64,000 bases of DNA from Leucoraja ocellata (Eukaryota), in NCBI GenBank assembly GCA_036785375.1, contig JAWMAR010000079.1, forward strand, positions 1,240,001-1,304,000, in the 5' to 3' direction. Positions 48,428 through 61,200 of this stretch are shown in pieces. Numbering within the stretch: position 1 is the first letter of the stretch; each line of letters begins with the position of its first letter. The notes beneath the pieces are model-generated. The model was not told where the DNA came from, ran no database searches, and saw nothing but the letters and a program-made list of their open reading frames with translations. The position numbers and the translations under genes were made by a program.

Positions 48428-51139
48428 CATTCTTCCAAATCGGCTGTTGGGTCAAGTGATATGTTGCTGATTGATCACGGCATGCCTGGTACATATGAAA
48501 ACGTGAAGGATCTGGAGATGATGAGGAGGTGGTTTGAGACGGCAAAGAAGGAGAAGGGCAGTCTCCAGCAGGAGCTAGTGAGCAGGAATAAGCAGTGTGA
48601 TGTCCTGAGAGATGAGTGCAACCGTGTGAAGCAGGAATCGGATGAGCAGATTAGACAGCTGGAGGATGCGTTGAATGATGTGCAGAAGCGAATGTTTGAG
48701 TCGGAAGGTAAAGTGAAGATCCTACAAGCGCATGTTAATGCCCTGAAGGATCACCTTTCAAAGCAGGGCTCAGCGGGAAGCAACAGGATGGCGGAAGATC
48801 TTAAAAATCAGCTGAGAGAAGTGAAATCGAAATACGAGGAAGCTGTGGGTAATGTGGAGAGGTTGGAGCACCAAATTAAACTGGGTGCTTTATCGATCGA
48901 GGAACCGGTTGCGGCACTGGATGTGGAGCAGCACATGAAGGAGGTGAAAGAGCTGCAGAAGGCTTTGAGCGCGGCAGAGCAAAGGAAGCAAGAGGCAGAG
49001 AAAAGGGTCAGTGCAGTTGAAGGTGAACTGAAGAGCGTGAAGGCAAAGCTGTCGCAGTGCGTGCAGGCAGAGGAGTTCGAGAACATGAGGAACTCGTTCC
49101 TCAGTACGTTGGAAGAGAAGGAGAAGCAGGTGGCGTCGGCGGGGAATAAGTACGAGAGAGCGCAGGTGGAAGTTGTTCAATTGCAGAAGGACTTGGAGCG
49201 AGAGCGAGCCCAGATAACGGCATGTGTGAAGATTGAGCAGTATCAGTTGCTGAAGGGAAAGTTGGAGAACCAGAATGGTATCCTTACTGATGTTACGCAG
49301 AAGCATCAGAAGGTGCAGAAGGAAAATGAAGCTATTAAACTGGAGAACGGTACTATCAAAGCTGAGCTGGAAGACTTCAAACACAAACTTAAAACACATT
49401 ACGTACCTTTGAAGATGCATGACGAAATGAAATCTTCAGTGAACCAGGCAGTTCGAGATCTGAACAAGCAAATTTCTGAGGTTTCACAAAGGCACAAGGA
49501 CGCTTTGAGAGAAGCAGAAGGGTTAAGACTTGAGAAGAACACAATAAGTGAAAACCTAAATCATGTGAAGTCTCTATACGTTCCTCCAGAGAAACACAAA
49601 GAGGAGATAATAGCGCTGAATTCCATCTTGGGCAGCTCGAAGAAGGAACTGGATGAACTCAACAAGAAGTATGGCCAGGCACAACAAGAGACTGAGAATG
49701 TACTCAAAGAAATCGTTACCGTGAAAGAATCATTGAAGAATCAATATGTGCCCTTGGAAAAGCACGAAGAACTAAGAACCCACCTGAGCACGACTTCAGA
49801 GAAAGCTGCGATCGAGCTGTCGACTGTGATGCAGAAATGCAATGTAGTACAAGACGAATTGGCAAAGTGTGAGCAGGAAAATAAGGAACTGAAAGACCAG
49901 CTGGCTGAACTGTGCAATGAAGTGCAGAGAGACTACGTAAGTCTTCAGCAGCATGAAGAAATGAAGGCTGCCTGGAACAGAAAAGAGGAGGGACTTCAAA
50001 AGCAGGTTGAACACACTCAATTGAATTACAAGGAGATTCAGGAGCAGGTTGTGGCACTAAACAAGGAAAAGGAAAGCCAGGTGAACAGATTTCGAACACT
50101 GCAAGAATCCATCAAGTCACAGTTTATTCCCATTGAAAATTACAAGGAAAACCAGAATGCAGTTAATGCCATGGTGAATAACCTGAAGAATCAATTGTCA
50201 GAGAAAACTCAGCAATGTTCTGTGTTTCAAGGGAAAGCCGATCGATACAAGGGGGAGACGGAAGAGCTGATGAAAAAGGTTACACAGTTGGAGGGAAATC
50301 TGGAATGCCATTACATTTCCAAAGCCGTGTATGAAGAAATGGAAAGCAAGTTTGTCAGTGGTATGGAAGAAAAGGATGAGCAAGTGGAAGAAGTGAAGAA
50401 GAGGATTGGGGATTCTGAATTACAGAATGAAAGGTCACAGGCAGAGAATGCCAGGCTGCAGTTGGCTGCCCAAGTGTTGGAAGAGAAAATAAGGTTAGAA
50501 TACATTCCCGTTGAGGAGCTTGAAAGCATGAAAACATCGCTGAGCAGCAGAGTTGCTGAGCTGCAGCAGGAAAAAGAACAAGTGAAGGACTCTTTGGAGC
50601 AGGAGGAAGAGAAAGTAGCCACTCTCCTCCTCCAGTTGGATGATCAGAGGAAAGATTATCTACTACTTCAACAGCACAATGAGTTGAAAGAGAAGATGGA
50701 AGAAGATATTGTAGGGCTGAAGAACCAGATGAATGAGAGGGAGGAAGAAATGAAAGGGAAAGTTTTAGAGATTTCCAAGCTGCACATGGATACGGAAGCA
50801 ATGTCGAGAACAATAACAGAACTGGAGGCAAGGCAAGTATTGGACTTGTCAGAGCACAAAAGGGTGAAGACCTCTTTAGAAGCACAGATACACTCATTAA
50901 ATGAAAACCTGGCCAAGTTGAAGGAGAAGCACGAGCAAATGTCTACTGAAGTGTTGCGTGCCAAAGAGAAAGAACTATCAGCTAAAGATGAAAAGGAGAC
51001 CTTTCAATCGAAAACATTCAGCTTTGAACAGGAAATTAAAGAGCTGAAAAATAAATATGATGAATCCATGGCAACAATCTGTGATTTGCAGAAAAGTATT
51101 CAGGAATCTGCCAAGCAAATTGAGGCCAAGGATAACAAG
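48428..51139 (+). CDS. UACA: UACA giant coiled-coil exon (2712 nt, 904 codons)
   Basis: attacag acceptor in frame with the 929-aa ORF. Contains ESDEQIRQLEDALNDVQKRMFESEGKVK and ends KQIEAKDNK|gtaata. Confidence 0.95.
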
Positions 51140-51521
51140 GTAATATTGAAGGAAATTGCCTTATTATTGGCAATGACATCTGGGCACTGTGGGTATTTCT
51201 TTGTTTTCATTTCTCAGACTGTCAAAGATAAATGTAAAATTATTAGCTAACCCAGTAAGAAGTTTGGGGCAAACATCTATACACAAAGTTTGTTGAAAAT
51301 CTGGTATTTGCTTGGTAGAGTGAGTTGGGGAAATAAAGTGAGGGAAAGGGAAGTGAGGGTGCGCTGAGAGTAATGGGCCAAATGGCCGCATCCTCTGTTA
51401 TGAGGAAATCTGAAATGTGAGAGATACTGAAACTCCACTCTTGAATGAAATGACTGGTAATTATTGAGAGGATGGGTTTCAAGGTGTTTTATTGTGGGCT
51501 CCAGTAACTCTATAGAGCAGC

Positions 51522-51780
51522 ATGGTGGCACAGTCACTTTCAGGGGCAGTCTGTACGGAGTTTGTATGTTCTCCCTGTGAAGGCATGGGTTTTCCCCGGG
51601 TGCTCTGGTTTCTTCCCACACTGCAAAGACATACAGGTTTGTCTGTTATTTGGCTTTGGTAAAAATTGTAAATTGTCGCTAGTGTGTAGGAGGGTGTTAG
51701 TGTACGGGGATTGCAGGTCGGTGCGGTCTCTGTGGGCAACAGAGATCCTGTTTCTGCACTCTATCTCAAAACTAAACTAA
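51522..51780 (+). mobile_element. V-SINE copy
   Basis: ggtggcacag...gggttttccccgggtgctctggtttcttcccacac...actaaactaa tail. Confidence 0.8.
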
Positions 51781-52048
51781 GCTGAGATATTTTAATTTAC
51801 AGTTCTTTAAAAATATATAAAATGATGAAATGGATCATTTGCATTTTTTTTGGTTTCTCCTGCAAGACCTAGCTACTCTGGAGTCAAAATCTAATATTAG
51901 AGAGGCAGTTCACAGGATGGAATATTGAACCATTACATTGCCTCTGGTTCAGTGGTGATATTTCCAAGAGCAGAGGTGTTTTCCTCAATGCTGCACCAAA
52001 CAGAATCACTTGAAGAACAAAAACATCACTGACCAGTGGCACTTTCTT

Positions 52049-52257
52049 ATAGAAACAAAGAGTGGCAGATGCTAGTTGATATCAAAGATAGAACACAGTG
52101 CTGGAGTATCTCAGTGGGTCAGGCAGCATCTCTGGAGAGAAAGGTGGTGTTTAGGGTTGGGACCCTTCTTCAGAATCCCGACCCAAAGCGTCATCTATCC
52201 TTTTTCTCCAGAGATGCTGCCTGACCCGCTGAGTCACTCCAGCACTCTGTCTATCAT
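52049..52257. mobile_element. Fold-back PLE-terminus insertion with 12-bp TSD
   Basis: Inverted arms; tggcactttctt at 52037-52048 and 52258-52269. Confidence 0.8.
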
Positions 52258-53064
52258 TGGCACTTTCTTGTTTGAAAAAACCTACTGGGGCAAATTGTCT
52301 GATGCGTTTACATTACAATTGCTGTGAACATCTTTAGAAAATACTAATTATCGAAAAGGTGGTGCAGAAATGAAATCTTATTTGCAGAAGATTGTTTCAG
52401 AAACCTTAGCTTACATTTGATCGTAAATCCATCATGCCTACAGTAAAGCTCCAATAATTCCCGCTCTGACGTTTTGGAAATCCTGATTGTCTGGTATCTC
52501 ACCCAGTAATGTTTGCTGCACTCCCTTACGACTTGCAGAGGTTCGAGACTCTGCATGGGTTCTCATGCATCCTTTAACCTTGCCATGTTCCCAGGGAAAT
52601 TAATTTTTTAAAGATTGTGTAATGTACCAACATTTTCCAAAACAAATTCAAGTTGTGTTGGGGTGGTAATAAGAGACAATGGGTTATGGATGTTGGAATC
52701 TGGAGCAAAAGATGAACTGCTGGAGGAATTCAGTGGGTTGGGCAACATCTGTAAACACTTTGGGTTGAGACTCTGCATGGGCCCTGATGGGGTGTCTTGA
52801 CCCAAATCGTCGACTGTCCCTTTGCCTGATCTGCTGCGTTCCTCCAGCAGTGTGATTTTTGCCTGATGTTAATTCTGATCATTCAGTCGTCTGAAAAAGT
52901 TCCGCTGTCACCAGAAGTGCAGATTGTTGAAGTTTTACTGCATCATGTCTATCCTGCCTTGCGTTGTGACGACTTGCTTTGTGACTTGACCAACTGCGAC
53001 TGTTGAAGGAAGTGGTGTGTGAATTGACCAGTTGTACATTTTCTTCCCCCTCTCCTCTGGATAG

Positions 53065-53214
53065 ATTACAGAGCTGTTAACTGACGTGGAGAGGCTGAAG
53101 CAAGCACTGAATGGCCTGTCACAGCTTTCCTACTCTGCCAATAACCCCAAGAGACCGAGCCAGCAAATGGAGGCACTCCAGAACCAGATCAAAAACCTGG
53201 AGCAACAGCTGGCT
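53065..53214 (+). CDS. UACA: UACA exon: ITELLTDVERLKQALNGLSQLSYSANNPKRPSQQMEALQNQIKNLEQQLA
   Basis: Pyrimidine tract plus gatag, GCT|gtaagt; 150 nt. Confidence 0.94.
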
Positions 53215-54849
53215 GTAAGTTGACCATAATTAATACGCATGATATATCCATATCTTAAACATGCATGTGTACGTGACCCCCGCTGTGCTCGCAGCAATTG
53301 TGGTTTTTCAACATGTTGGAAATAATTCGTTTTTTCTTTCAAAGTGTGAGCAAGAAGGTTAATGGTGAGATGGAGGCGAGTGAGTTTCTGTTTAATCATA
53401 ACTTGGCACATATTAATTCCATCCTACTTGGTAACCCTTCCTAGCTCGCTGATGAATTAATATTTTTCACGATGAATGTGACCTTTCACTGCAACAAAAC
53501 ATAGACGACTGCAACTGTGGACAGAGGTGCCTCGTCTCCTGTGGTGGGAATTAAGAATGGGCAGGGAATTTTGATCTTGGATAATGCTCACATCCATAAG
53601 ATACATTCTTAGAAGTTAATCTACTTGGCTCTCCTGTCTGGTTCAGTTTTAACCAGTGTTAAAGAGTGTCAAGAGTTTGCAGTTTTGTGGGCAAGTGAGG
53701 CCTTAACATTGAGGTAATTTAAGTATAAAGATCTTGCACATAATATATTGTTTAAAAAAAAAAGTACTTGATGTATTAACTGCATGGCTATGGAGTGAAA
53801 ATCCTTAGGACAACCAAAACACTTTAATAGAAGTGAACACCAGAGGACATTGCGGTGAGTTGACGGTGTGGATACCTCTATTCAAAAAGGTTAACATGTC
53901 AGATTCTTATAACCGTTGGATTGCCTCCCATGGAGGGACCTTCTGGCTGATGGCAGGCAGAAAATAAACCCATAGTGGATTTGCAAGTGTGTTAGAACAG
54001 CTAATGGTTATCTGGTGCCCGTTGACCTCAAGTTGTTTTGGTACAGCAAACTGCAGTAGGGTTGGACAACAGTCTCACAGGGGGTTCTAAAGAAAGTACT
54101 TTGTACAGCGATTCTTTGAATACCACGGTTGTACACTTTGTCCAAAACTCAGCTAGGCTGTGTCATACTCGCAGCAACTCCCATTCACTCATCACCCCTA
54201 AGATTATAAACAGCCCTAGCTTCCAGCAAACAATGCCTTGCTTTACCTACATTTTTAAATCCTTTCATGTTCTCGGTCTTCCCTACGTCTGTAGTCTCTG
54301 CTACCTCTACAACCTTTCCAGGGGATTGCTGTTCCCCCAATCTGAGCCTTTCAATTATCCCTGGTTTAATTGCTCCATCATTGCCAGTCCTTCCTTCTGT
54401 TGCCTGGATCCTGAGCTCTGGCATTTTCTCCTCAACCCTCCCATCTTTGTCCCTCTTTCTGCCGCTTTGGCCAAGCAATTCTTCATCCAATTTAATAACC
54501 ATCTAAACAAGTTGGAAATTCATAGCTATGAACAACATGTTCACCAGTTTGCGAGACCTTTGATTAAGAGTAACAATCTAAAAGGTTGAGCTAAATTGCT
54601 TACTTTATATGCTAACTGAAGCTTCAATTAATGACAACGAGCTGTCTCCGTTTTGTTCTGGTTATTTAAGATGCAAGAATACATTAGAAATACTAAACTT
54701 TAGTTTGCCTGATTCATAGTGTTACAGTTCCAATATCAAGTTAAATATGTGTACATGTCTGGAGCAGTCAGGAGCAATGAATCTTTAGTTTGCACGTTAC
54801 TGTTCGTGCCGTGCCAAAGGAATGCTAAATGTTCATGCTGAATATTAGA

Positions 54850-55730
54850 ACATCAGAACATAAAACAGTAGAGCACAGGAACAGGGCATTCGGCCCACAA
54901 CATCTGTGCCGAACATGATACCAAAACCAACAATTATCTGCTGCACATATTCCATATCTCTTCATTCCTTGACTATCCATGTGCTGTTCAGAAGTCTCAA
55001 ATGCCACTGTCGTATCTGCCTCACCAATACCCCTGGCAGCACATTCCAGGCTCACTTCACGCTCAGTGTGAAACAAAAAATTTGCCTCGCACTTCATCCG
55101 TCTCACCTTAAAGCTATGCCCTCTAGTATTTTATTTTTTTCATCCTGGGGGGAAAAGGTTCCGACTGTCTATTCTGCATGTCACCAAATACTCCAGCAAA
55201 CTACCATGGATGCCCTGTGGAAAGTATCCTGTCTGGTTGCATCATGTCCTGGCTCAGCAATTCTAATGCACAGGAATGCAAGAAGCTGCAGAGAGTGGTG
55301 GACTCTGCCCCGTCATCTTGGCACAACTCTTCCCACCATCAAGAACGTCTACGTGAGACGCTACCTCAAAAATGGTGCAAGTATCATCAATGATCCCACC
55401 ATCGGGCCGGGCCATGCCCTCTTCTCTATCGGGCAGGAGGGACAGAAACCTGGTGTCCCACACCGCCAGGTTCAAGACCAGATACTTTCCTACAACCATC
55501 AGGTTCTGCACAACCCTAATCCTAACCCGGCAACAGAACACTACGGACCACATCTTGCCCCACCATGGACATGTTTTCTATTTTTTGCACTCGTGTCTTG
55601 TTTTTGCAATCTTTGTTTTTTCACTCTCTTATTTATCTTATTTTTTGTGTTGTCTGAGTCAATGTGCCTTTGATGCTGCTGCACGCTGGAAGATTTTCAT
55701 TGCATTCGTACCACATAATAATAAACTTAA
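54850..55730. mobile_element. CR1 3' fragment (-, about 54850-55180) abutting a Rex1-type LINE 3' fragment (+, about 55185-55730)
   Basis: NYHGCPVESILSGCIMSWLSNSNAQECKKLQRVVD is a Rex1-like RT tail; CR1 tail reversed upstream. Confidence 0.75.
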
Positions 55731-56986
55731 GTTGTATGGGAACAGCTCCAGTGAAGTTCCATTCAAGCAGTGAAGGCAACTCAATGTGTATTTTAGCTTT
55801 ACAAGGAAGCAGCTGCAACATAAAAGGGACTTGTGGGCCATGCAGGATTGTTGACTGATCTGACAACTCCAAGCCTTTATAACTGTCATTGTTCCTTCCT
55901 GTAGAATTTTCCCATATTGGGTAATAGTTCTATAACGAGAAGGTTTAGTGCACCATAATAAATCAGAGTTTGGGGCTGTTGGAATTATAGGATGCGATGC
56001 TACATGATGTCCAGTGTTGCCTGAATCAATGGAAACATGGCACCATTTGGAAAAATAAACACAAGAACTATGTCTGGACAGTTGTAACAATCTCACCCCT
56101 TGCAACAATATATAAAGTGCTTGTGTTTTGCTGGCAGCAGTCCCACTGCTTCCTCCATGACAGCGTTAGTACTGCTGACACAGTATGCATAATACTGACC
56201 TTTGGTGTTTGGCTTACTTGGCGCTTCTCTTTTAAACTGAGTCTTTGCAATCACCCCAGAAATCCACCAGTTTGGCCAGTGATCAAATCATATAACAGTG
56301 TGACCGAGGCCATTCAGCCCAAATCCAAGATGGTCAAAAATGGACATGAGACAATTCTCACTGCTGAGTAAAACAAAGCGCTGGGTAACTCAGCGAGTCA
56401 AGCAGCATCTCTGGAGAACATGGACAAATGATATTTAGGTCGGAGCCCTTCTTCAGACGGGTCGGGACCTTTCTTCAGACGCCACTAATTGGTTCTTGGT
56501 TAATAGCTCTGCAGCTTCATCTGCTCATCTGCTCATCCAGAGTTTATTTTTTTTAAACACAGTGAGTTACTTCTAAACTGAAAAGGGTTCCTAACCCAAA
56601 CGTCACCTATCCATGTTCTTTAGGGATGTTGCGTGACTTGCTGAGTTACTTTAGCACTGTGTCATTTGAGCAAGAAAACTATTTCATTTCAAGTTGGAGC
56701 GAGCTGTAGGAGTGGTGAGAACAAAGAATGTCTGTGTTAGGGTGGGGACTGCAGTCACCCGGATCTCCACCCTGTCACAGACATTCTCTTGTTCCCAATG
56801 GAATGTGTTTTTCTCACTTTCCCGATTCTGATGAAGGAATATTCACTTGTATTGTTTACTGTTTCTCTCTTCACAGATGCTGCCTGACCTGTTGAGCATG
56901 TGTCGCATTCTCTGTTTATTTTTAAATCCTATTGAATTTTAATTTTCCGCAGTTTTGATCCCCCATCTTTTCTGATATTCCTACAG

Positions 56987-57052
56987 GATGCTGACAGGCA
57001 ACACCGTGAGGTCATTGCAATTTATCGGACACACCTCCTGAATGCTGCACAG
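56987..57052 (+). CDS. UACA: UACA exon: DADRQHREVIAIYRTHLLNAAQ
   Basis: cctacag acceptor, CAG|gtatgt; 66 nt; conserved YRxHLL motif of the UACA/RAI14 family. Confidence 0.95.
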
Positions 57053-57076
57053 GTATGTAGGACAATGTTGATAGAA

Positions 57077-57295
57077 TCTGTACGGAGTTTATAATTTCTT
57101 CCTGTGTCCGCTTGGGTTTTCCCCGGGTGCTCCGTTTTCCTCCCATATTCCAAAGACATACAGGATTGTAGGTTAATTGGCTTTGGTAAAAATTGTAAAT
57201 CGTTCCTAGTGTGTAGAATAGTACTAGTGTAAGGGGATTACAGGTTCGTGGGCTGATGGTCTGTTTCCGTGCTGTATCTCTAAACTTACCTAAAC
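57077..57295 (+). mobile_element. 5'-truncated V-SINE just downstream of a UACA donor site
   Basis: tctgtacggagttt...gggttttccccgggtgctccgttttcctccca...ctctaaac. Confidence 0.75.
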
Positions 57296-57509
57296 CATTT
57301 GACAAGATGGGAACTAGGAGCTATATAGGGCTATAACCTACTGACTGGTACTTATTGTGGTACCTTCTGCAGGTTGGATGTTAACTGGACCAGATGGATC
57401 TCCAATTGCCCATTGTCCACCTTCCAATTGACCGTTTAGTTATTTTCTGTTGCGGGGAGACTTTCTGATGGAGATGGTTCTTTTTTCCTGATTAAATCAC
57501 TTCCTTCCA

Positions 57510-57715
57510 ATAGACAATAGGTGCAGGAGTTGGCCCTTCGAGCCAGCACCGGCATTCAATGTGATCATAGCTGATCATCCCCAATCAGTACGTTGTTCCT
57601 GCCTTCTCCCCATATCCCCTGACTCCGCTATTTTTAAGAGCCCTATCTAGCTCTCTCATGAAAGCATCCAGAGAACGTGCCTCCACTGCCGTCTGAGGCA
57701 GAGAATTCCACAGAA
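57510..57715 (-). mobile_element. CR1 LINE 3' fragment
   Basis: Reverse complement of the 31120-31330 sequence. Confidence 0.8.
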
Positions 57716-58720
57716 TTCAGTGTCTGGAATGCTTCCAATTTTATGAAACCTTTCACAAACTTTAGTGAAGTTTTCAGCAAGGTTAATGAATGTTATTATG
57801 AACAGTAATCTATTCAATAAATACGTTTCATGGATTACTCATCCATTTAATATTTAACTGACATAAAAATTCATCAGATGCTCACACCATGTGCATTTAA
57901 TTTTCACAAAAATATTAATGGAATGCAGACATCTCTGGCATTGCCAGCATTTGGTGTCAATCTCTAATTGAATCTCCCTGAGCTGAGGAGACAGGGAAGA
58001 TTGAACAACAGTTGTCACCTGAAGTCACTTGTAGCCCAGACTGGGGAAGGACGGCTGGTTTCTCTCTCTGTATAATTTCATTGAGCCAGAAAGGGGTCTT
58101 TGCTGGAATGGTCTCGATCTGATACGTCACCCCCAGAGATGCTCTCCAGAGGTGCTGCCTGACCCGTTAAGTTAATCCAGCAATTATTTTTTTTTACAAC
58201 AGTACGGTAGTGTCACTTCATTGTACTGAGCGGATCTTCATGGTGTTCTGTGTGAGGGGCAGATAGTTATTTTCTACATTTTATGACTGTTTTATGACGT
58301 TAAACCTTTACATTGTAAACCCACAGCTGGAGGTTTGCAACAATTCCATGCTCCATGTTTTTGCAGTTATATTAGATACTTGGAGAAGGTGCTGGAGAAC
58401 CTTCTGAGTTGAATGCCCCTTGTGATGTGGGGTCTGTTTTGTCGGAAGAGTTGGGACTGTCTCTAAAGCAAAGTGAATGTTTGATTATTTAATTTGTTTA
58501 TTTAATTGAAGGGTAGAGGGGTAGTCTTGATACAATGAGTATGGAGTGTCAAGAAAGTCAGTCAACAGAGGATGTGGATCTGAGAAATTGTAAATTTGAG
58601 AAATAGGTTTTTTCTGCTTGGCAGGCTGGAGCAGATTCAACAAGAAACGTGAATTGGAAAAACTCGAAGGGGAGAAAATGTTAAGGGAAAAGAGCAGGAG
58701 AGTGGGATTGATCAAGTAAA

Positions 58721-59035
58721 AGCCCTGTCCCACTGTACGAGTTCAGTCAAAGAGTTCTCCCGTTTTGCCCTGATTTGAACTCGGAGATTTACGGTAATGT
58801 CCACTCGTCAGTACTCGGGGCTCTCGTGGACATTTTTAAACATGTTGAAAAATCTTCACATGTCTTCCCGAGCTTACCGCGTTTCCCGAGTACCTGCCTT
58901 TAGCGTTACGAGCCGCTAAGAGACGTCCGCGAGCTCCGACGTACCCGCTACGTTCATTCTCCGTGCTTACCACGAGTTTGCTTTTTTTTAAACTTGGGAG
59001 AGCACTTGAATGAACTTGTACAGTGGGACAGGGCC
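58721..59035. mobile_element. PIF/Harbinger-type MITE (about 315 bp)
   Basis: 24-bp TIR gccctgtcccactgtac(g/a)agttca with one mismatch; TAA/TTA close to the ends; shares the CCTGTCCCACT core with 42449-43661. Confidence 0.8.
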
Positions 59036-59220
59036 ATTAGTCTTTCAAAGAGATGGTGTAGTTGCGATGGACCAATTGTCCACTACTTGTGCTGTTTTGC
59101 TCCCTGAATGTGCACCCCTTCTCTTACAAATTCAACTATTTGTTTCTTTTATTTCTAACCTTAATAAAATAACGTGTAGAAAAGCCTGATTCAGTCACTT
59201 CTCTCTGCATTTCTTGTCAG

Positions 59221-59292
59221 GGTCACATGGATGAAGATGTGCAAGCTGCTTTGTTGCAGATCATTCGGATGCGGCAGGAGTTTGTCTGCTAG
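59221..59292 (+). CDS. UACA: UACA last coding exon: GHMDEDVQAALLQIIRMRQEFVC*
   Basis: ttgtcag acceptor; TAG at 59290-59292. Confidence 0.95.
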   Translation, partial: GHMDEDVQAALLQIIRMRQEFVC

Positions 59293-61200
59293 CAGAATCC
59301 TGGCACCCAAGTATTTACCGTTGCTGTGTTAAAGGTTGTAACAAGACTACTTGAAGCTGCTGTAGCATTTACCTGGTGGCCTAAACTCTTCACCTTTTAA
59401 AGAAAAATGCATTATATTGGAAGAGAAAGTAAAGCCATTTCCAGTTTGCACCCTCTCATGTTGGTTATTTCAGATTTATGTACTAAAGTACAAAGCAGTT
59501 TAGTTATTGGAACAAGACAAAGTAAATGCTGATATCTGATACATTTTCATTTGTTGCCATTGCCATTTGATTAATTTTTGTTTTAACTTAAGCCCTGCCT
59601 GACCTTGTGGGAAATTTGTTGCCACAAAGATATGCTTAACTTGCGTATTGGCTCCAGGGTTTCAATATCTTAGATTGTGCTACACTGTGACATTTACAGA
59701 ACTGGAAGTGTGAAACGTTGCTATAAAACTCAACATCCTATGGGCAGATTTCTTTTAGATGCAATCCTTCTCATGGGACTCCTGGGATTTGTTGGGTTAT
59801 GAACCCACAGGAAGATTTCCAGACAAAACAAACTTAAAGCATATTTTTAGTCTCCTTTGATGTCCAACATGAGCCGCAAACACATCATAAAAATATGCAT
59901 TTTGCTTTCTATGAACCATCGGCTGTGATGGCATTCCTGTGACTACCAACCTTTGGCATTTCAACACACACTTCCCACTTTTTTTAATATATATTAGCTG
60001 TCAGGAAATGTTTAGTTTGCTCCTCAAAGAATTAATTTATTTCCTTGGGGGAAGGGTAGATCAGAACTCAAGTGTGTCAGAGGCTAAAAAGAGAAAAGCG
60101 AGCATAATGTTTGAGGTGTCCAGACATGGCCAGACCTTCTGCAGAGAGATGGCGTACTGAATAGTTAACATCTCACCAGAATGAAAGGGTTACTATCTGC
60201 AGTACTTGTAGTTCTTTTTTAGGTAATTTTTAATCAACCTCTGATTCCTGTCCGCCTTGTTATACTGTTCTCTTCCACTCCCCAGCCTGTGTGATCAGAG
60301 ATTGAGTAGCATGGCAACTCTGGTGTGTGCCCCCTGGCAAATGGTCAAGAAAGGAGGGACCATAGACATAGCTCTTGTTACATTCACACCTAGCGTGTGC
60401 ATGTCCAGAGCTGTGACCATTACGTTAAGGCCATTGCTATCATTGAAATTAAGCGAGATGGAGCCTCTTCACATTTTGTACCCAGAAGTTAATTTACTGA
60501 AGAATTATGATACTATTTTACCACTGATTTGTGGGGGCCCATTCTTTAATGTGGAGGCAAAGGATGATATGGCTACAAACCATTTGGATGGCAAAAATCT
60601 TTATTTTTAAATCCCTGATGCACCCTTTAGTATATTCATGCAAGGTGCTGTACTATGCAATTACCTGTATATTCGTAGAGGGCTAACCCAGTTAAAAGTA
60701 AAGGGGTGATGTCAATATTATTTTAAAGTGAATGTGTTATATAAACCTCTACAGCAAAGTCCATGTGATCTAGTTTCAGTGCCTATCTGTAATTCCAGAT
60801 TGAAGCCAACAGCAGCATAATGTTTCCTTTATAAAGTTACTTGGCTGGCCAAGTCTGATTTATAATTTAACTGTTAATCAAAGTGTTATCTTTTTGCAGC
60901 AAGCTGATGTAGTTTGTAGATTTGCATTAGGTTTCTGCTGTACTCTGTTACCTCTTAATGGAGTTAGAAGAACTGTCCATTCTAATAGATTCTTTATAGA
61001 ACCGAGGTACTGATGTATTTCTCAGCTGGACTGGTTGTGGTATTTTTGTTACTGAATAATATTGGATACATAGACATCTGTTTAATTTTGACAGTATTCA
61101 TCACGTTATTCCTCAACTGCATCAAATGGTTACCTATTTGTAATGTGTCTGGAACAAATGTTATGTCAATGAATATTATATATCTAGTTATAGATCTCTC
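59293..61200 (+). other. UACA: Probable UACA 3' UTR (end uncertain)
   Basis: About 2 kb of AT-rich sequence with no recognisable repeats after the stop codon. I saw no canonical AATAAA, so the end is a guess. Confidence 0.45.

Larger units (their letters stand above)
3039..59292 (+). other. UACA: UACA gene span (uveal autoantigen with coiled-coil domains and ankyrin repeats), 18 coding exons, 5' incomplete
   Basis: Exons spliced by hand join in frame (4158 nt). The ankyrin N-terminus DWSKYDDRLLKAVEKGD..., the giant coiled-coil exon and the C-terminus GHMDEDVQAALLQIIRMRQEFVC match UACA as I recall it (human ends ...DVQEALLQIIQMRQGLVC) better than RAI14 or ANKRD24. Confidence 0.92.

Noticed and set aside
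48808-50964. Several minus-strand ORFs over the large exon
   Set aside because: Antisense shadows of an E/K/Q-rich coding exon.
48461-51250. 929-aa ORF as a stand-alone gene
   Set aside because: It is one internal exon (48428-51139). The last 36 residues are intron read-through after a GT donor, and the conserved C-terminus continues at 53065.
54906-55673. 255-aa ORF
   Set aside because: Chance read-through across a CR1/Rex1 junction; only patches are in the LINE frame.
3039-59292. Gene identity as RAI14 or ANKRD24
   Set aside because: Same family, but the C-terminal LLQIIRMRQEFVC and the giant-exon motifs fit UACA as I recall it. Reciprocal BLAST or synteny would be decisive.
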